Shown: positions 25,847-39,436, numbered from the whole stretch's first letter. The stretch: DNA of 63,996 nucleotides, filler included, from Chiloscyllium plagiosum (GCF_004010195.1; 5 parts of one record of this genome joined end to end with filler, not necessarily neighbours in it), one strand, 5' to 3'. Notes: generated from the sequence alone by a model not told the origin. Numbers and translations are program-made.

Positions 25847-26384
25847 ATGAGCCAGGTTATGAACCTGTACGCAGAGGACCAAGTCTAAGGCAATTTGTTG
25901 TCCCGTCATCAAGGACTGGTTTGTCCTCAGCTGGGATTTTAGTTTTGAATCTGAGTATCATACTTGAAGAAGAATGCCTATACCTTGGAGACTGTGCAGA
26001 GGAGATTTATAGAACTGTAGCAGTGATTAAGGACTTCAGTTATGAGACAAAATTGGAGAAATGGGTATTGTCCACCTTACAGCAGGGAAAAATCAGATAA
26101 TGTTTAATAGATCTATTCAAAATCTTGAAAGATTATAATACAGTAAATAGGAAAAGCTATTTCCAACAGGAGAAGGGTAAATAATTAGAGGACACAGGTT
26201 TAAGGTAATTGGTGAAACAGCCAGGAATGAGGTAAGGCAATTTTTTTTTATTATGCAATGAATTATTATGATTGCAACGCCATTGGTTGTAGATTTGGAT
26301 CAGTATTTGAAGAAAAAGCTTGCATGTACCATGCTTTTCACATCCGGAAGATGTTTGACAATGCTTTGTAACTAATTATATACT

Positions 26385-27164
26385 GGGAATTTGTGTTGCA
26401 GACGTTTCGTCCCCTGTCTAGGTGACATCCTGAGTGTTTGGGAGCCTCCTGTGAAGCGCTTCCGTGATCTTTCCTCCAGCTTTTATAGTGGTTTGTCTCT
26501 GCTGCTTACAAACGTGTCATCCACATATCTGAGTTTGGGTTGAATTTGCGATTAGACTGTTTGTTCTAATCTTGCGGTAATGCAAAGATTAGAACAAACA
26601 GTCTTACCGCAAATTCAACCCAAACTCTGGGTCAGTTATGTGGATGACACCTTTGTAATCATTAAAAACACAGAAATAGAGAACGCAAGGACTGCACAAA
26701 ACACTACATAGGACAAACAGGAAGACAGCTAACGACCCGTATCCATGAACACCAACCAGCCACGAAATGACACGACCAGCTATCCTTAGTAGCCATACAC
26801 GCGGATGACAAGCAACATGAGTTCGACTGGGACAACACTACTATTATAGAACAAGCCAAACAGAGAACAGCCAGGGAATTCCTAGAGGCATGGCACTCAT
26901 CCACAGATTCTATCAACAAAAACATCGACCTGGATCCAATATACCGGCCACTGCAGCGGACAGCTGGAACTGACAACCGGAAGCGGCAGAGACAAACCAC
27001 TATAAAAGCTGGAGGAAAGATCATAGAAGCCCTTCAAAGGAGGCTCCCAAGCACTGAGGATATCACCTAGACAGGGGACGAAACGTCTGCAACACAAATT
27101 CCCAGCTCGGCGAACAGAACCATAACAGCGAGCACCCGAGCTACAAATCTTCTCACAAACTTTG
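26385..27164 (+). mobile_element. Internally deleted fold-back Penelope element (RT YVDD fragment, GIY-YIG, pLTR with hammerhead, family 3)
   Basis: MQRLEQTVLPQIQPKLWVSYVDDTFVII, then KDCTKHYIGQTGRQLTTRIHEHQ...AREFLEAWHS. Core CTGAGGA...GAAACGTC at 27054-27087. Inverted left arm. 15-bp TSD aactaattatatact (26370-26384 / 27165-27179). Confidence 0.9.
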
Positions 27165-27489
27165 AACTAATTATATACTTTTGAAATGCAGTCAATGTTG
27201 TTTTCATATAGGAAATTCAGAAATTAATTTGCACTCAGTAAGCTCCTGCAAACAGCAATGTGATAGCAACCAAATAATTAGCTTTTTTTTGGGATGTTGT
27301 TTGTGGTTTGTTGTGTCATGGTCAGTATGGCATATACCTGTAAGTGACATGCCCATGATTATCATTACTGTATCATACCCTGTGACCTGAGGTGTAAAGG
27401 TCTCAGACTCTATCTTGGCACACTTACAAGAAACATACCACTCTGTTTATCTCAATAATTTAAGTAGGGGGCTGGTTAGTTTAAATAAA

Positions 27490-27620
27490 AACTGAAAGAA
27501 CTGCAAACGTTGTAAATCAGAGACAAAAACAATAATTGCTGGAAAAGCTCAGCAGGTCTGGCAGCATCCATAGAGTGGAATCAGAGTTTACCTTGCGGCA
27601 CGAGTGACCCTTCCTCAGTT
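27490..27620 (-). mobile_element. Decayed PLE pLTR (family 4)
   Basis: Reverse complement begins ctgaggaagggtcactcg.... Related pieces at 600-715, 56710-56960 and 59835-60070. Confidence 0.6.
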
Positions 27621-27625
27621 CTTTT

Positions 27626-27800
27626 GGCTGGTTAGCTCAGTTGGCTGGACAGCTGGTTTCGTAATGCAGAGCACGCTAACAGCATGAATACAATTCATGT
27701 GCCAGCTGAGGTTACCATGAAGGACAGTCCTTCTCAACCTCATCTGAGGTGTGGTGACCCTGAGGTTAAACCACCACCAGTCATCAATTTCTAATAAGGG
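27626..27800 (+). mobile_element. Second tRNA-headed SINE family
   Basis: ggttagctcagttggctgg head and gtggtgaccctgaggttaaaccaccaccag core, repeated near 11420-11545, 16245-16400 and 56540-56690 (minus). Confidence 0.55.
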
Positions 27801-27886
27801 AGAAGTGGAGGGAATTGGAATTTCTTGGCAGATATGTTGGTGCATACTTGAAGGGCTGAAGGGCCTCTTCTGCATTGGACAATGCA

Positions 27887-28055
27887 GGGAATGACATGGT
27901 GGCTCAGTGGTTAGCACTGCTGCCTCATAGCACCAAGGATCCAGGTTCGATTCCAGCCTCAGGTGACAGTCGGTGTGGAGTTTGCACATTCTCCCTGTGT
28001 CTGCGTGGGTTTCCTTCGGGTGCTCTAGTTTCTTCCCACAATCCAAAGATGTGCA
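27887..28055 (+). mobile_element. HE1-type V-SINE 5' half
   Basis: Head and V-domain, truncated at aagatgtgca where CR1 sequence begins. Confidence 0.85.
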
Positions 28056-30660
28056 CTGGAGATGTGCACCTCCAGTGTCCCTGCTGACTTCATTTGTGTG
28101 AAGTGCACCCAAGTCTAATTCCTCAAGAACCGTGTTAGGGAACTGGAGCTGGAGCTGGATGAACTTCGGATCATTCGGGAGGCAGAGGGGGTTATTGAAA
28201 GGAGCTACAGAGAGGTAGTTACCACCTGCAATAGGGAGATGGGAACCTGATTTGTAGTTCCAGTGTGCAGGAGGTTGAGGGTAATGAGGTCAGGGATAGG
28301 TTTACAAGGTCGTGAGAGGGCACTGGCAATCAGGATGTTGGTACCTAGGATTTCAATGTTGTGGTCATTTCAGAGACATGGCTAGAGGACGGACAGGAAT
28401 GGTTGTTGCAGATTCTGGGATTTAGATATTTCAGCAAGGACAGAGATGATGGTAAAAAGAGGGGCAGGGGAGTTGTGACATTGCTAATCAAGGGTAGTTT
28501 TACAACAGCTGAGAGAACATTTGAGGACTCATCCACTGATGTAGTTTGGGCTGAGGCTAGAAACAGGAAAGGAGAGGTCACCTTGTTGGGAGTTTTCTAT
28601 AGGTCTCCAAATTGTTCCAGGGATATAGAGGAAAGGATAGCAAAGATGATTCTCGATAGGAGCAAGAGTAAGAGGGTAGTTGTTATGGGGGACTTTAATT
28701 TCCCTAATATTGACTGGGAATACTATAGTTCAACTAGTTCAGATGGGTGAGTTTTTGTTAAATGTGTGCAGGAGGGTTTTCTGGCACAGTATGTAGACAG
28801 GCCAACAAGGGAAGATGCCATATTGGATTTGGTACCTGGGGAATGAACCCGGCCAGGTATTAGATTTGGAGGTAAGTGAGCACTTTGGTGATAGTGACCA
28901 TAGTTCAGTTATGTTTACAACAGCATTGAGCAGGGATAGGTACATACTGCAGGGAAAGAGGTTTAACAGGGAGAAAGTCAATTATGATGCGATTAGACAA
29001 GATTTAGGATGCAGAGGATGGAGAAGGAAATTACAGGGGATGGGCACACTTGAAATGTGGAGCTCATTCAAGGAACAGCTACTGCGGGTCCTTGATAAGT
29101 ATATACCTATCAGACAGGGAGGTAGTTGTCGAGAGAAGGAGCCATGGTTTACTCAAGAAGTTAAAGCTCTTGTCAAGAGGAAGAAGAAGGCTTATTGGAG
29201 GATGAGATGTGAAGGCTCAGATAGGAGACTTGAGTGCTATAAGTTAGCCAGAAAAGATCTAAAGAGAGAGCTAAGAAGAGCCAGGAGGGGACATGAGAAG
29301 TTGTTGGCGGATTGGATTAAGAAAAGCCCAATGCCTTCTATAGGTATACCAGGAATAAAAGAGTGACTAGAGTAAGCTTAGGGTCAAACAAAGAGAATAG
29401 TGGATAGTTGTGGGTGGAATCTAAGGACATGGGGAAGCACGTAATGACTACTTTTTGTCAGTATTCACATTGGAAATGGGTAATGCTAGTGAGAATATGG
29501 GGATCCACACTACAAGAATAGATGGGATTGAGGTTGACAAGGAGGAGGTTTTAGCAATTTTGAAAGATCTGAAAATAGATAAGACCCCTGGGCTGGATAG
29601 GATTTATCCTCAAGTTCTCTGGGAAGCTAGGGAGGAGATTGCAAAGCCTTTGGCTTTGATCTTATTGTCATCATTAGATGTTGTGCCACAAGGACCTGTT
29701 TTGGGGCCATTGTTGTTTCTCATTTTTATAAATGATCTGGATGTGGGAGTAGAAGGATGGGTTAGTAAATTTGATGATGACACTAAGATTGGCAGAGTTG
29801 TGAATAGTGTCAATGGATGCTGTGGATTACAAAGGGGCAAAGATAAGATGCAGAGCTGGGCTGAGAAGTGGCAAATGGAGTTTAATACAGAAAAGTGTGA
29901 GGTCGTTCACTTCAGAAGAAGTAACAGGAATGCAGCGTACTGGGCTAATGATAAAATTCTTGGCAGTCCAGATGATCAGAGAGATCTTGGTGTCCAGGTG
30001 CATAAATCCCTGAAAGTTGCCACCCAGTTTGAGAGGGTTGTTAAGAAGGCATATGGCTTGTTGGTGTTTATTGCTGGGGGGATTGAGTTTCGGAGCCATG
30101 ACATCATGCTTCAGCTGTACAAGACACTGGTAAAGCTACACCTGGAGTATTGCGTGCAGTTCTGGTCACTGCATTATAGGAAGGATGTGGAAGCTTTGGA
30201 AAGGGTTCAGAGGAGATTTACTGGATGTTGCCTGGTGTGAAAGGAAGGTCTTATGATGAAAGGCTGAGAGAACTGAGACTGTTTTCATTGGAGAGAAGAG
30301 GTTGAGAAGTGACTTAATCGAGATGTATAAGATAGTCAGAGGGTTATATAGGGTGAGAGGCTTTTCCCTCAGATGGTGAAGGCTAACATGAGGAGACATA
30401 GCTTTAAATTGACGGGTGATAGATTTAGGACAGATATTAGGGGTAGTTTCTTCACTCAGAGACTAGTAGGGGAGTGGAACGGCCTACCTGCAACAGTAGT
30501 AGACTCGCCGACATTAAGGGCATTTCAGTGGGCATTGGACATACATATGGATAATAATGGAATGGTGTAGGTTAGATGGGCATCAGATTATTTTCACAGG
30601 TTGGCACAACATCAAGGGCAGAAGACCCTGTACTGTACTGTAATATTCTATGTTCTATGT
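28056..30660 (+). mobile_element. Long CR1 LINE remnant (ORF1 piece, APE endonuclease, RT, 3' tail) with internal deletions and stop codons
   Basis: ISETWL, YRSP, MGDFNFPNIDW and SDH (APE); VPQGPVLGPLLF and SKFDDDTK (RT); ttctatg tail. Confidence 0.92.
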
Positions 30661-30689
30661 GTTAAGGTGATGCAGTGTAAAATATTATA

Positions 30690-31960
30690 AATAGAGCCAT
30701 GGACGGCAAGTGATTACGGATTGGGTAGATTCTAATTACACCTTTACTGAATTAGAACTGTTCAAGCATCATAGAAGTTCTACTCTAAACATCAAGGAAG
30801 ATGATCCTGAGCAAAAAGCTCTCAATATTTTACTTGATAAGGAAGAGTGTTGCAGAATTAATGCATCTGACCTTTTCATGAGCAGCAAGAAAGATACAGA
30901 AATTATCTGAAAAGTTCCAAAAAACCAGTTTGAGTTAAGAATGAACTTGATTAATAGAATCCAACTCATGTCATCCAGACATCAAGTCCAAGAATAATTT
31001 GTTAAAAATCACACAACACCAGGTTATAGTCCAACAGGTTTAATTGGAAGCACTAGCTTTCGGAGTGCTCCTCCTTCATCAGGTGGTTGACCATCTGAAA
31101 GCTGACCAACGTTTCTTGACATCTGTGAAGCACATGGCACTGAAGGTACATGTTCAGAAATGCTAGTTCCAAAGGCGAAGCGATAATCCAGAACAAAACA
31201 GACAGACCAATAAAATGGCATAACACCACCACATAGGCAGCAAGGCAAATGTGAAGGGGCACAAATGCAAATATATCAATGATGTTCAAAGTCAACCTAT
31301 GAAAATCAAATTTCAGAACGTCACCTCACACACCGTGTCAATGGTATGAGGCAAAAAAAAGTTCTTACAACCATTAATATCATACATAGTGAAAAGGCCG
31401 ATGAGACATGGTAAAAACTAAATTGTCGCTGTAACTGGTGCCAACCTGTTAGCACAAGCTCCTGAAAGACGTACCGCATTAGGATACACTCTATGATACA
31501 GCCTGTAACAAACCAGCTCACAGCAAATAATGGACCATTCGTTCTGTGCAATGGAACAATCACACTCATCTAGGCTACCCAACATCTGCCTCATGTATAA
31601 CAGTGATCCAGCATTGGCAGGACCACTGGCATGCAGAGGTCTCACTATAGTCACAAATCACAAGATTCAAGCTGCACTCACTGAGGTGAAACAAGACACT
31701 ATTGAATTAGTCAAGGATCTCAAATGCTTGCAGCCAGTCCAATTCAACGTGCTCATCAGTTAAGGGTAATGCAGTATTGCATCTTAAGGATGATACAAGC
31801 CCAAATTTATTTATCACCCAAGGAAGCAGAGAAAGCACATTCAGGAGACGCCAAACTGGACGAGGTAGAGTGAAATATACGATTTGGAAGGTTGACCACC
31901 AAACAGATTGGTGTAGCTCGATAACATCCATCTTAAAAAGGATGGCACCATAAGAAAATA
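30690..31960 (+). mobile_element. Possible ancient Gypsy internal remnant (gag-like and RNase H-like pieces)
   Basis: DDPEQKALNILL...RINASDL..KKD is gag-like; GLTIVTNHK resembles the RNase H motif FTxxTDHK. Heavily decayed. Confidence 0.4.
31003..31090 (-). mobile_element. PLE pLTR-derived element with hammerhead core (family 2)
   Basis: Minus strand reads CAC-CTGATGA-AGGAG-GAGCA-CTCC-GAAAGCTA-GTG (core 31054-31082). Confidence 0.75.
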
Positions 31961-32487
31961 CATGGATACAAGAAAACTTGTACATTTGTATTTTATGTGG
32001 ATTCCTTCACTTAAAAGGTATCCACATAAATGCACACATAGAAGTCAGGAGCAGAAGTCCGTCATTTGATCCTGCTATTCAATAAGATCTTGGTTTATCT
32101 GTTTATGGTCCAAATCCACATTCTCATCTCGGACTCTCTTGCTTTGCAAGTATCTACTGATCTCTACCAGTGAAATATTTAATGACCCCGCCTCAAAATC
32201 CTTCTAGGTTAGTGAGTCTCAAAGATGCACAATACTCTGAGATAAAAGATTTCCCTTCAGCTCCATGCTAGCAGGGTAATCTCTCATTTTTAAACAGTAG
32301 CCTCTATTTCTGCACTAACCAATAGAGAAACTGTCCTTTCCAAATCCATCATATCAAGACGATTCAGGCTCTTCTAAACTTTAATCAAATTACCTCCTGC
32401 TGTTTTTAACTCTGATGCAAACAATACCAGTCTTCCCAACCACATAAGACAACCCTTTCATTCCAGGTATCAATTCATTCCAGGTAT

Positions 32488-33812
32488 CTGTGGTCAGCAA
32501 AGTTTTAGAAAGAGTTCTGAGGGATAGGATTTATGACTATTTGGAAAAGCATAGTGAGACTAAAGGCATGGCTTTGTGAGGGGCAGGTCATGCCTCACAA
32601 ATCTTATTGAGTTCTTTGAGGAGGTGACAAGACAGGTCGAGCAGTGAGTGAGGTATATATGAACTTCCCCTTGGTAGACTTATTCATAAAGTCAGGAGGT
32701 ATGGGATACGGGGAGATTTGGCTGTCTGGATTCAGAATTGGTTGGCTGACAGAAGGCAGAGAGTGGTTGTAGATGGAAAGTATTCTCCCTGGAGGTCAGT
32801 GGTGAGAGGTGTCCCACAGGGCTCTGTTCTTGGGCCTCTGCTCTTTGTAGTTTGTTCAAATGATTTGGATGAGGAGGCTATGGGGTGGGTTAGTAAATTT
32901 GCAGATGACACAAAGGTTGGATGTGCCAATGATAGTATTGAGGGCTATTGCAGGCTGCAGCGCGACCTAGACAGGATGCAGAGCTGGGCTGAGAAATGGC
33001 AGATGGAGTTCAACCTGGATAAATGCGAAGTGATGCATTTTGGAAGGTTGAACTCGAATGCTGAATATAGGATTAAAGACAGGATTCTTGGCAGTGTGGA
33101 GGCACAGAGGGATCTTGGTGTTCAAGTACTTAGATCCCTCAAAGTTGCCACCCAAGTGGATAGGGTTGTTAAGAAAGCATATGGTGTTTTGGCTTTCATT
33201 AACAGGGGGATCGAGTTTAAGAGCCACAAGGTTTTGCTGCAGATCTACAATACTCTGGTGAGGCCACATTTGGAATATTATGTCTAGTTCTGGTCACCCT
33301 ACTTTTAGGAAAGATGCAGAGGCTTTGGAGAGGGTGCAAAGAAGCTTTACCAGGATGTTGTCTGGACTGGAGGGCTTGCCTTATGAAGAGAGGTTGACTA
33401 AACTTGGACTTTTCTCTCTGGAGAGAAGGAGGAAGAGAGGTGACCTGATCAAGGTATACAAAATAATGAGAGGAATAGATAGAGTCAATATTCGGAGGCT
33501 TTTCCCCAGGGCAGGATTGACTAGCACGAGGGATCATAGTTTTAAGATATTAGGAGAAAGGTATAAAGGGGACACCAGCGGAAGGTTCTTTATGCAGAGA
33601 GTTGTGAATGCATGGAATGCGTTGCCAGCGGTGGTGGTGGAAGCAGAGTCATTAGAGACATTTAAGCGACTGCTGGACATGCACATGGATAGCAGTGAAT
33701 TGAGGGGAGCATAGGTTAGGTGATTTTAATTTAGATTCAGATTAATCCTCGGTACAACATCGTGGGCCAAAAGGCCTGTTCTGTACTATACTTTTCTATG
33801 TTCTATGTTCTG
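32488..33812 (+). mobile_element. CR1 LINE RT and 3' end
   Basis: GVPQGSVLGPLLF, SKFADDTK, LVRPHLEY; ttctatg tail. Confidence 0.93.
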
Positions 33813-34039
33813 TGTAATTCAGTAAATATCCTCTAAACCACCTCCAAAGCCCTTATAATTCTTCCATAAATAAGGAGAAAAAGGCAATAGAAAGCATTTA
33901 AGATGTGGTCTCAACATGTGTATGATTGAAGCAAAGCATTCTTACTGACTGAACATTTGTCGGTGTGCTGCCTTTGAAGCTGGCTCCTTTGTCCTGGATG
34001 GTGTCAAGCTGCTCGAGAAGGAGCTGCCTTAGAAGGATT

Positions 34040-34538
34040 CGCCCCACTACAGGAAGGATGTGGAAGAACTGGAAAAGGTGCAGAGGAGATTTACCAGGAT
34101 GTTGCCTGGTCTGGAGGGAAGGTCTTATGAGGAAAGGCTGAGACACTTGGGTCTGTTCTCATTGGAAAGAAGAAGGCTAAGGGGGGATTTGATAGAGACG
34201 TACAAGATGATCAGAGGATTAGAAAGGGGAGACAGTGAAAGACTTTTTCCAAGGATGATGATGTCAGCTTGTACGAGAGGGCATAACTACAAATTGAGGG
34301 GTAATAGATTTAAGACAGATTTCAGAGGCAGGTTCTTTACGCAGAATGGTAAGGGCGTGGAATGTCCTACCTGCTAATGTAGTCAACTCAGCCACATTAG
34401 GGAGATTTAAACAATCCTTAGATAAGCACATGGATGATTTTGGGATAATATAGGGGGACGAGCTGGGAATAGTTCACAGGTTGGTGCAACATCGAGGGCC
34501 GAAGGGCCTGTTCTGCACTGTATTGTTCTATGTTCTAT
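34040..34538 (+). mobile_element. CR1 LINE 3' end
   Basis: LEKVQRRFTRMLPGLEG...; ttctatg tail. Confidence 0.92.
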
Positions 34539-34989
34539 AATTTGGAGGCTGGGTTGTTGGAGCTGCACAAATCCTGGCAAGTGGGGAGTATTCCATCACA
34601 CTCCTGTGTAGTATCTTGCAGAAGGTGGACATGCTTTAGGGAGGTCGGAGTTAAGTGACTCTTTCCAGGATTCCAAATCTCTGACCTGCTTTTGTAGCTA
34701 CAGTATCTAAGTGACTAATCCAGTTCAGTATCATTTTTATTATTGGTAGCCTCCAGGATATTGATACTGGAAGATTCAGAGATGGCAATGCCACTGAGAA
34801 TCAAGAGGTGATGTTTGGATTCTCTCTTGTTGGAGGTGGTCATTTCTTTGCCACTCACATGGTATGACCATTACTTGCTACTTATCTGCCCAACTATGGA
34901 TATTGTTTTGATCTTGTTGAATTTGGACCTGGACTGCTTCAATACCTGTGGACTCATAAATGGTGCTGAGCATTGTGCAATCATTAATG

Positions 34990-35640
34990 AACAACATCAC
35001 CTTTTGACGGAGGTAAGGTTGTCTTTACAACATATTTCTTACTTATTTTTGTGTAATCTGCAAATTGAGTCACCATGGCTCCAATCTCCTCATCAAAATC
35101 ATTGATATTAATTGAGCTTCCAGCAGATCCTTGTGAGTTTCCATTTGTCACATGCTGACATTTTGAAACAAGCTCCTTCATGCTCGTTTATGTTTTGTGT
35201 CAGCCAGTCAATCTGCTCTCTATGCTAGCATGTTACCCCCTCGACCATGAACTCCTTACTTTACAGAGTAATGTTTCATTTGGCGCCTTGCCAATGCCTT
35301 CTGGAAATTGAATTGCAGTACATGACCGACTCCCTTTCTCCACAGTGCATAGATTTCCTTCAAAGAATTCCATTATATTGGTTAAACAAGATTTTCCTTT
35401 CAAAATTCCATGCTGGCGCTTCCCAAATAGCGAGGGTTTTTCCAAGTGCCTGATTGTAGCCTCACTAATAATTACAGTTTCCCCATGGAAGACATCAAGC
35501 TAACTGTTCTATAGTTTCTCCTGTCTGCCTCCCTCCCTTCTTCAATGAAAGGGTTCTGTATGTTGCTTTTCAATCCAATAGAACCTTTCCAGAATCCAAT
35601 GACTTTTTGGAAATCAATACCAACATATCTGATATTTCAA
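34990..35640 (-). mobile_element. Old CR1 RT fragment
   Basis: QHGILKGKSCLTNIMEFFE; QFADYTK. Confidence 0.75.
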
Positions 35641-36279
35641 TTTGTTTTAATTTATTTTAGTCACATTTACCTAGTTACAGTGAAAGGCTCTGTCTTGCGA
35701 GCAGTACAGGCAGGTATTTGGAAACAAGGACATGCAGATCATAGAGTGCTTCGACAGAGTGAGGCATACAGGGTCATAGCTGCACATGAGGTGCTCTAGG
35801 CAACATTATTTGAGAGAGTCCATTCATCAGTCTGATAACAACAAAGAAGAAGCTGTTCCTGAACCTATTGGTGCACGTGTTCGAGCTTCTGTATCTTTTG
35901 CCTGACGGAAGAAGTTGGAGGAGAACATTACTGGGGTGGGATGGGTCTTTGATGATGTCGGCAGCCTTTCTGCAGCAAAATGAGTTATTTCTGTTTTTGT
36001 TATTTGCCCTGGTGTAGACTTGTCTTTTTGTCCTGTTAAGCACTACTGCTCGTTATTGTATTGCTGCCGAGTGAAGGTTTTGGCCATGCTTTCCCTTTGC
36101 CTTACCCATGACTGCAATCACAGAAACACGGACGTGTTACAGTGAAGGAAGCAGCCATTAGCTCATCATGATTGCTATTATCTGGTATGCAAATCCAGCC
36201 AGATCCAATCTCAATAAGTCTATCCATGTGCTGCTGGAGTATACCCTGACCAACTGGAAGGAACTCAGGGCGTTGTTGC

Positions 36280-36800
36280 TCATTCGGCTGATGACACAAA
36301 GCTAGGTGGAGGCACAGGTAGAGTTGAGGACGATGCAAAAAGATCTAAACAGGTGGGTGGGCAAAGTTGTGGCAGATGGTATACAATGAGGCAAAGTGTG
36401 AGGTTACTGTCTAAACTGGGAAGTACTTCAGAAATCTGAAGTACAGAGGGATTTGAGAGTCCAAGCTCAATATTCACTTAAGGTTAACATGCAGGTTCAA
36501 TTAATGGTTAGAAACGCAAACGCAATGTGAACATCCATTTCAAGAGGGCTAGAATACAAGAGCAGAGATGTACTACTGAGGCTTATAAGGGTCTGACCCG
36601 ACTGCATTTGGAATAATGTGAGCAGCTTTGGGCCCCGTATCTAAGGAAGGCTGCGTTATTGTTTGAAGACGCCCAGAGGAGGTTTACAAGTATGATCCCA
36701 AGGATGAAGGACTTGTCATATGAAGAGCAGTTGAGGACTCTGGGTCTGTATTCGATGGAGTTTAGAAGGATGAGGGGTTTCTGGCTGAAACTTACAGAAA
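36280..36800 (+). mobile_element. CR1 LINE RT C-terminal fragment
   Basis: ADDTKLGG...HLE..QLWAPYLRK. Confidence 0.8.
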
Positions 36801-37466
36801 AGAAATGCAATAATCATGGGTGATATTAATCTATATATGAACTGAAAAAAAAATCAGATTGGAGTTGTAACCTTGATGAGGAATTTATTAAATACTTCTG
36901 AGCGTTTCTTAGAGGAGCTGGTTCTAAAATTGACCAGAGAGGAGGATGTACTGGATTTGGTATTGTTCAGCATGGTAGGGTTAATTAGCTACCCCAGAGA
37001 AAAGGCACCTCTAGGTAACAATGATCATAATATGGTTGGATTTTACATTTAGTTTGAAAGGGGGAAGAGTGTGTCTGAGACTAACATTTTAAATTTCAAA
37101 TTTTGAACAATATGTGCACGAAAGTTGAGATAACTGAAGTGAACTACAATATTCAAATCAGAGATAAATCAGTAAAGAAGCAATGACAGACATTCAAAGG
37201 GATATTTCAGAATACTCAGAATGTATAAATTCCTACTGTGAAGGGAGGATCCACCATCTTTGGATAGTTAAGTTAAAATCCGAAAAGTTAATAAAAACTT
37301 CAAACTGAGGGAAAAGACACATAATTGCACAAAAATGAATGGGAAATAATGCAAGAGTTGAAAAACGAGAACAGGGAGTTAATAGTAGACAATAAAGAAT
37401 TGGTGGATGCAATGAAACAAATTTTCCTTTTATCTTCACAACAGAGGATGAGAGAAACATCCTAGT

Positions 37467-38104
37467 TGTGATAAGGCTATAGCTTTAAGAGGTGTCCTTT
37501 TCTCTGAAGAGACGTTGAGACAGAGTCACAGCGCAGTCTGTTCCAAACCAATAACGTAACCAGCATATGAGGCTTTGGGGTTATGTTTTAAGTTGGAACA
37601 ATAGAAGCAGTCTGAATGGGTGGGGTCAAGCTTTCAGGGAACTGGGATTTTAGTTTAACTTTCAGTAGGGGTGTGGAAGCTGTTATACATCTCTCTCTGC
37701 TACAGCAAAATGCCTGAGTTTTCTACCACTGTCTCAGAGTTTTCTCTTGATGTTCTCTCCTCCTGGAGTGAAGAAGTGCATGTGAACCAATCTATTTTAC
37801 TAAATTTGCCTTAGGGTGTGTTTATGGAATGTTCCTATATTGGAACTGTTGCAGTTTAGTAGTTCATTGGTATATTAATCTGTGAAGTTTTCCAGTAGAG
37901 TTGTGATTCTAACTCTTCTTTCTTTCATTTGTAGTTGAATAATAGTGTGGGAATAAAGTGTGTTTTGCTTCAAGCCTGGTAGTTTGATCAATCAAATGGA
38001 ACCAGAACTCACCGCCTTACATCTATCTTTCAAAATAAGAAAAAGCTGGGATCCAGGCTATGTTCTTGATGTATTTTGAGGCTCTGTAACACTAGTCTAT
38101 AACA
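37467..38104 (+). mobile_element. Solo LTR (Gypsy-like) inserted in an old CR1
   Basis: TG...CA termini, internal AATAAA near 37952, 4-bp TSD tagt/cagt (1 mismatch); CR1-like sequence on both sides. Confidence 0.65.
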
Positions 38105-38265
38105 CAGTAATACCGATAAACCAAGAGATGGAGAAAAGAGGAACTTGGTGAAATTAACATCAATATTATCATGTACTGATCTAGCGAATGGAACTGCAGT
38201 TTGATAGGTCAATGGGCTCTGATGGACTTCATTCAAGTGTCTTAAAAAATAAGGCTATTGAAGTA

Positions 38266-38550
38266 ACAAAACATCAAACAATGAGGAGTCAGAATACAGA
38301 AAGGCGATCGAGAGCTTGCTGTCTTGGTGCAATGTTAACGACCTCTCTCTCAATGTCAGCAGAAGAAAACAACTGATCATTGCCTTCAGAAAGAAAAGAG
38401 GAGAATGCGTCTCCATTAACAATGAGGTGGAGAGGATGGAGAGCATCATGTTCCTCGGAGTGACGATAACCAACAATCTGTCCTGGACTGTCCATGTAGA
38501 TGCAACGGTCAAGAATACACAATAATGCCTCTTCTTCCTCAGGCAGCTTG
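38266..38550 (+). mobile_element. Rex1/Babar-type LINE RT fragment
   Basis: WCNVNDLSLNVSRRKQLIIAFRKK...FLGVTITNNLSWTVHV. Related 3' ends lie near 22800-23080, 35680-35975 (minus) and 42480-42970. Confidence 0.7.
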
Positions 38551-38884
38551 AGGACGGTGAAATGTTTTTGCAATGGCTGCCTTTAATTTGAGTACAAGTA
38601 ACTTGGTACAAGTCTTGAACAGAGAAAAGGATTAAAAGGAAAAGTAATAGCATTACTTATAGTGTCTAAAATATAAGTTAGAAATAAGATGGTTATAACA
38701 GAGTTAAACGTTGCAATCTGGTTCAGAGTCTCAAATAGCAGCAGCTCAGCACATAGCCTGACTGTGCTAGGACCTGGTCCAACAACTGACCCATTCCTAT
38801 CCAGGCTCCAGCACACTCCTCATCAACACTCAGTTCTAACAAACACAATCACATTGCTCTGGGACTCACTTCCCATTCAACTCT

Positions 38885-39336
38885 CCTGACCTCGGGATTA
38901 CCCCCCCTCCTCGCTCCTGCACTCGGGTATCTTCCTCTCCTCGCTCCTGCATGCAGGTATCTCCCTCTCCTCGCTCCTGCACACAGGTATCTCCCTCTCC
39001 TCGCTCCTGCACACAGGTATCTCCCTCTCCTCGCTCCTAAACTTGGGATTCCCCCTTTCCCCACTCCTGTACTTGGGATACCCCCTCTCCCCGCTCCTGT
39101 ATTCAGGATTCCCCCTTTCCCCGCTCCTGTACTCGGGATACCCCCTCTACCTGCTCCTGTACTCGGGATTGCCCCCTTTCCCCGCTCCTGTACTCGGGAT
39201 ACCCCCTCTCCCTGCTCCTGTACTTGGGATTCCCTCTCTCCCCGCTCCTGTACTCGGGAATCCCCCCTTTCCCTGCTCCTGTACTCGGGATACCCCCTCT
39301 CCCTGCTCCTGTACTTGGGATTCCCTCTCTCCCCGT
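38885..39336. repeat. ~30-bp minisatellite (ctcgggataccccctctccccgctcctgta)n, running into a gap
   Basis: About 15 imperfect tandem units are visible. Confidence 0.95.
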
Positions 39337-39436
39337 NNNNNNNNNNNNNNNNNNNNNNNNNNNNNNNNNNNNNNNNNNNNTTAATTAATTAANNNNNNNN
39401 NNNNNNNNNNNNNNNNNNNNNNNNNNNNNNNNNNNN
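39337..39436. other. Assembly gap with TTAATTAATTAA linker
   Basis: Same 100-nt pattern. Confidence 0.97.

Noticed and set aside
28361..30240. Longest ORFs (129-261 aa) as host genes or an active LINE
   Set aside because: They are fragments of a CR1 ORF2 with stops, frameshifts and internal deletions.
36102..36338. Minus-strand FCDCSHG|gtaag as the missing CNTNAP EGF exon
   Set aside because: It lacks the EGF cysteine spacing (C.PN.CEHGG.C) and a matching acceptor. The EGF exon was not found in the window.
38885..39336. Regular ~30-bp repeats (CRISPR-like?) and repetitive ORFs
   Set aside because: No unique spacers, no cas genes and a eukaryotic context; this is a plain minisatellite.
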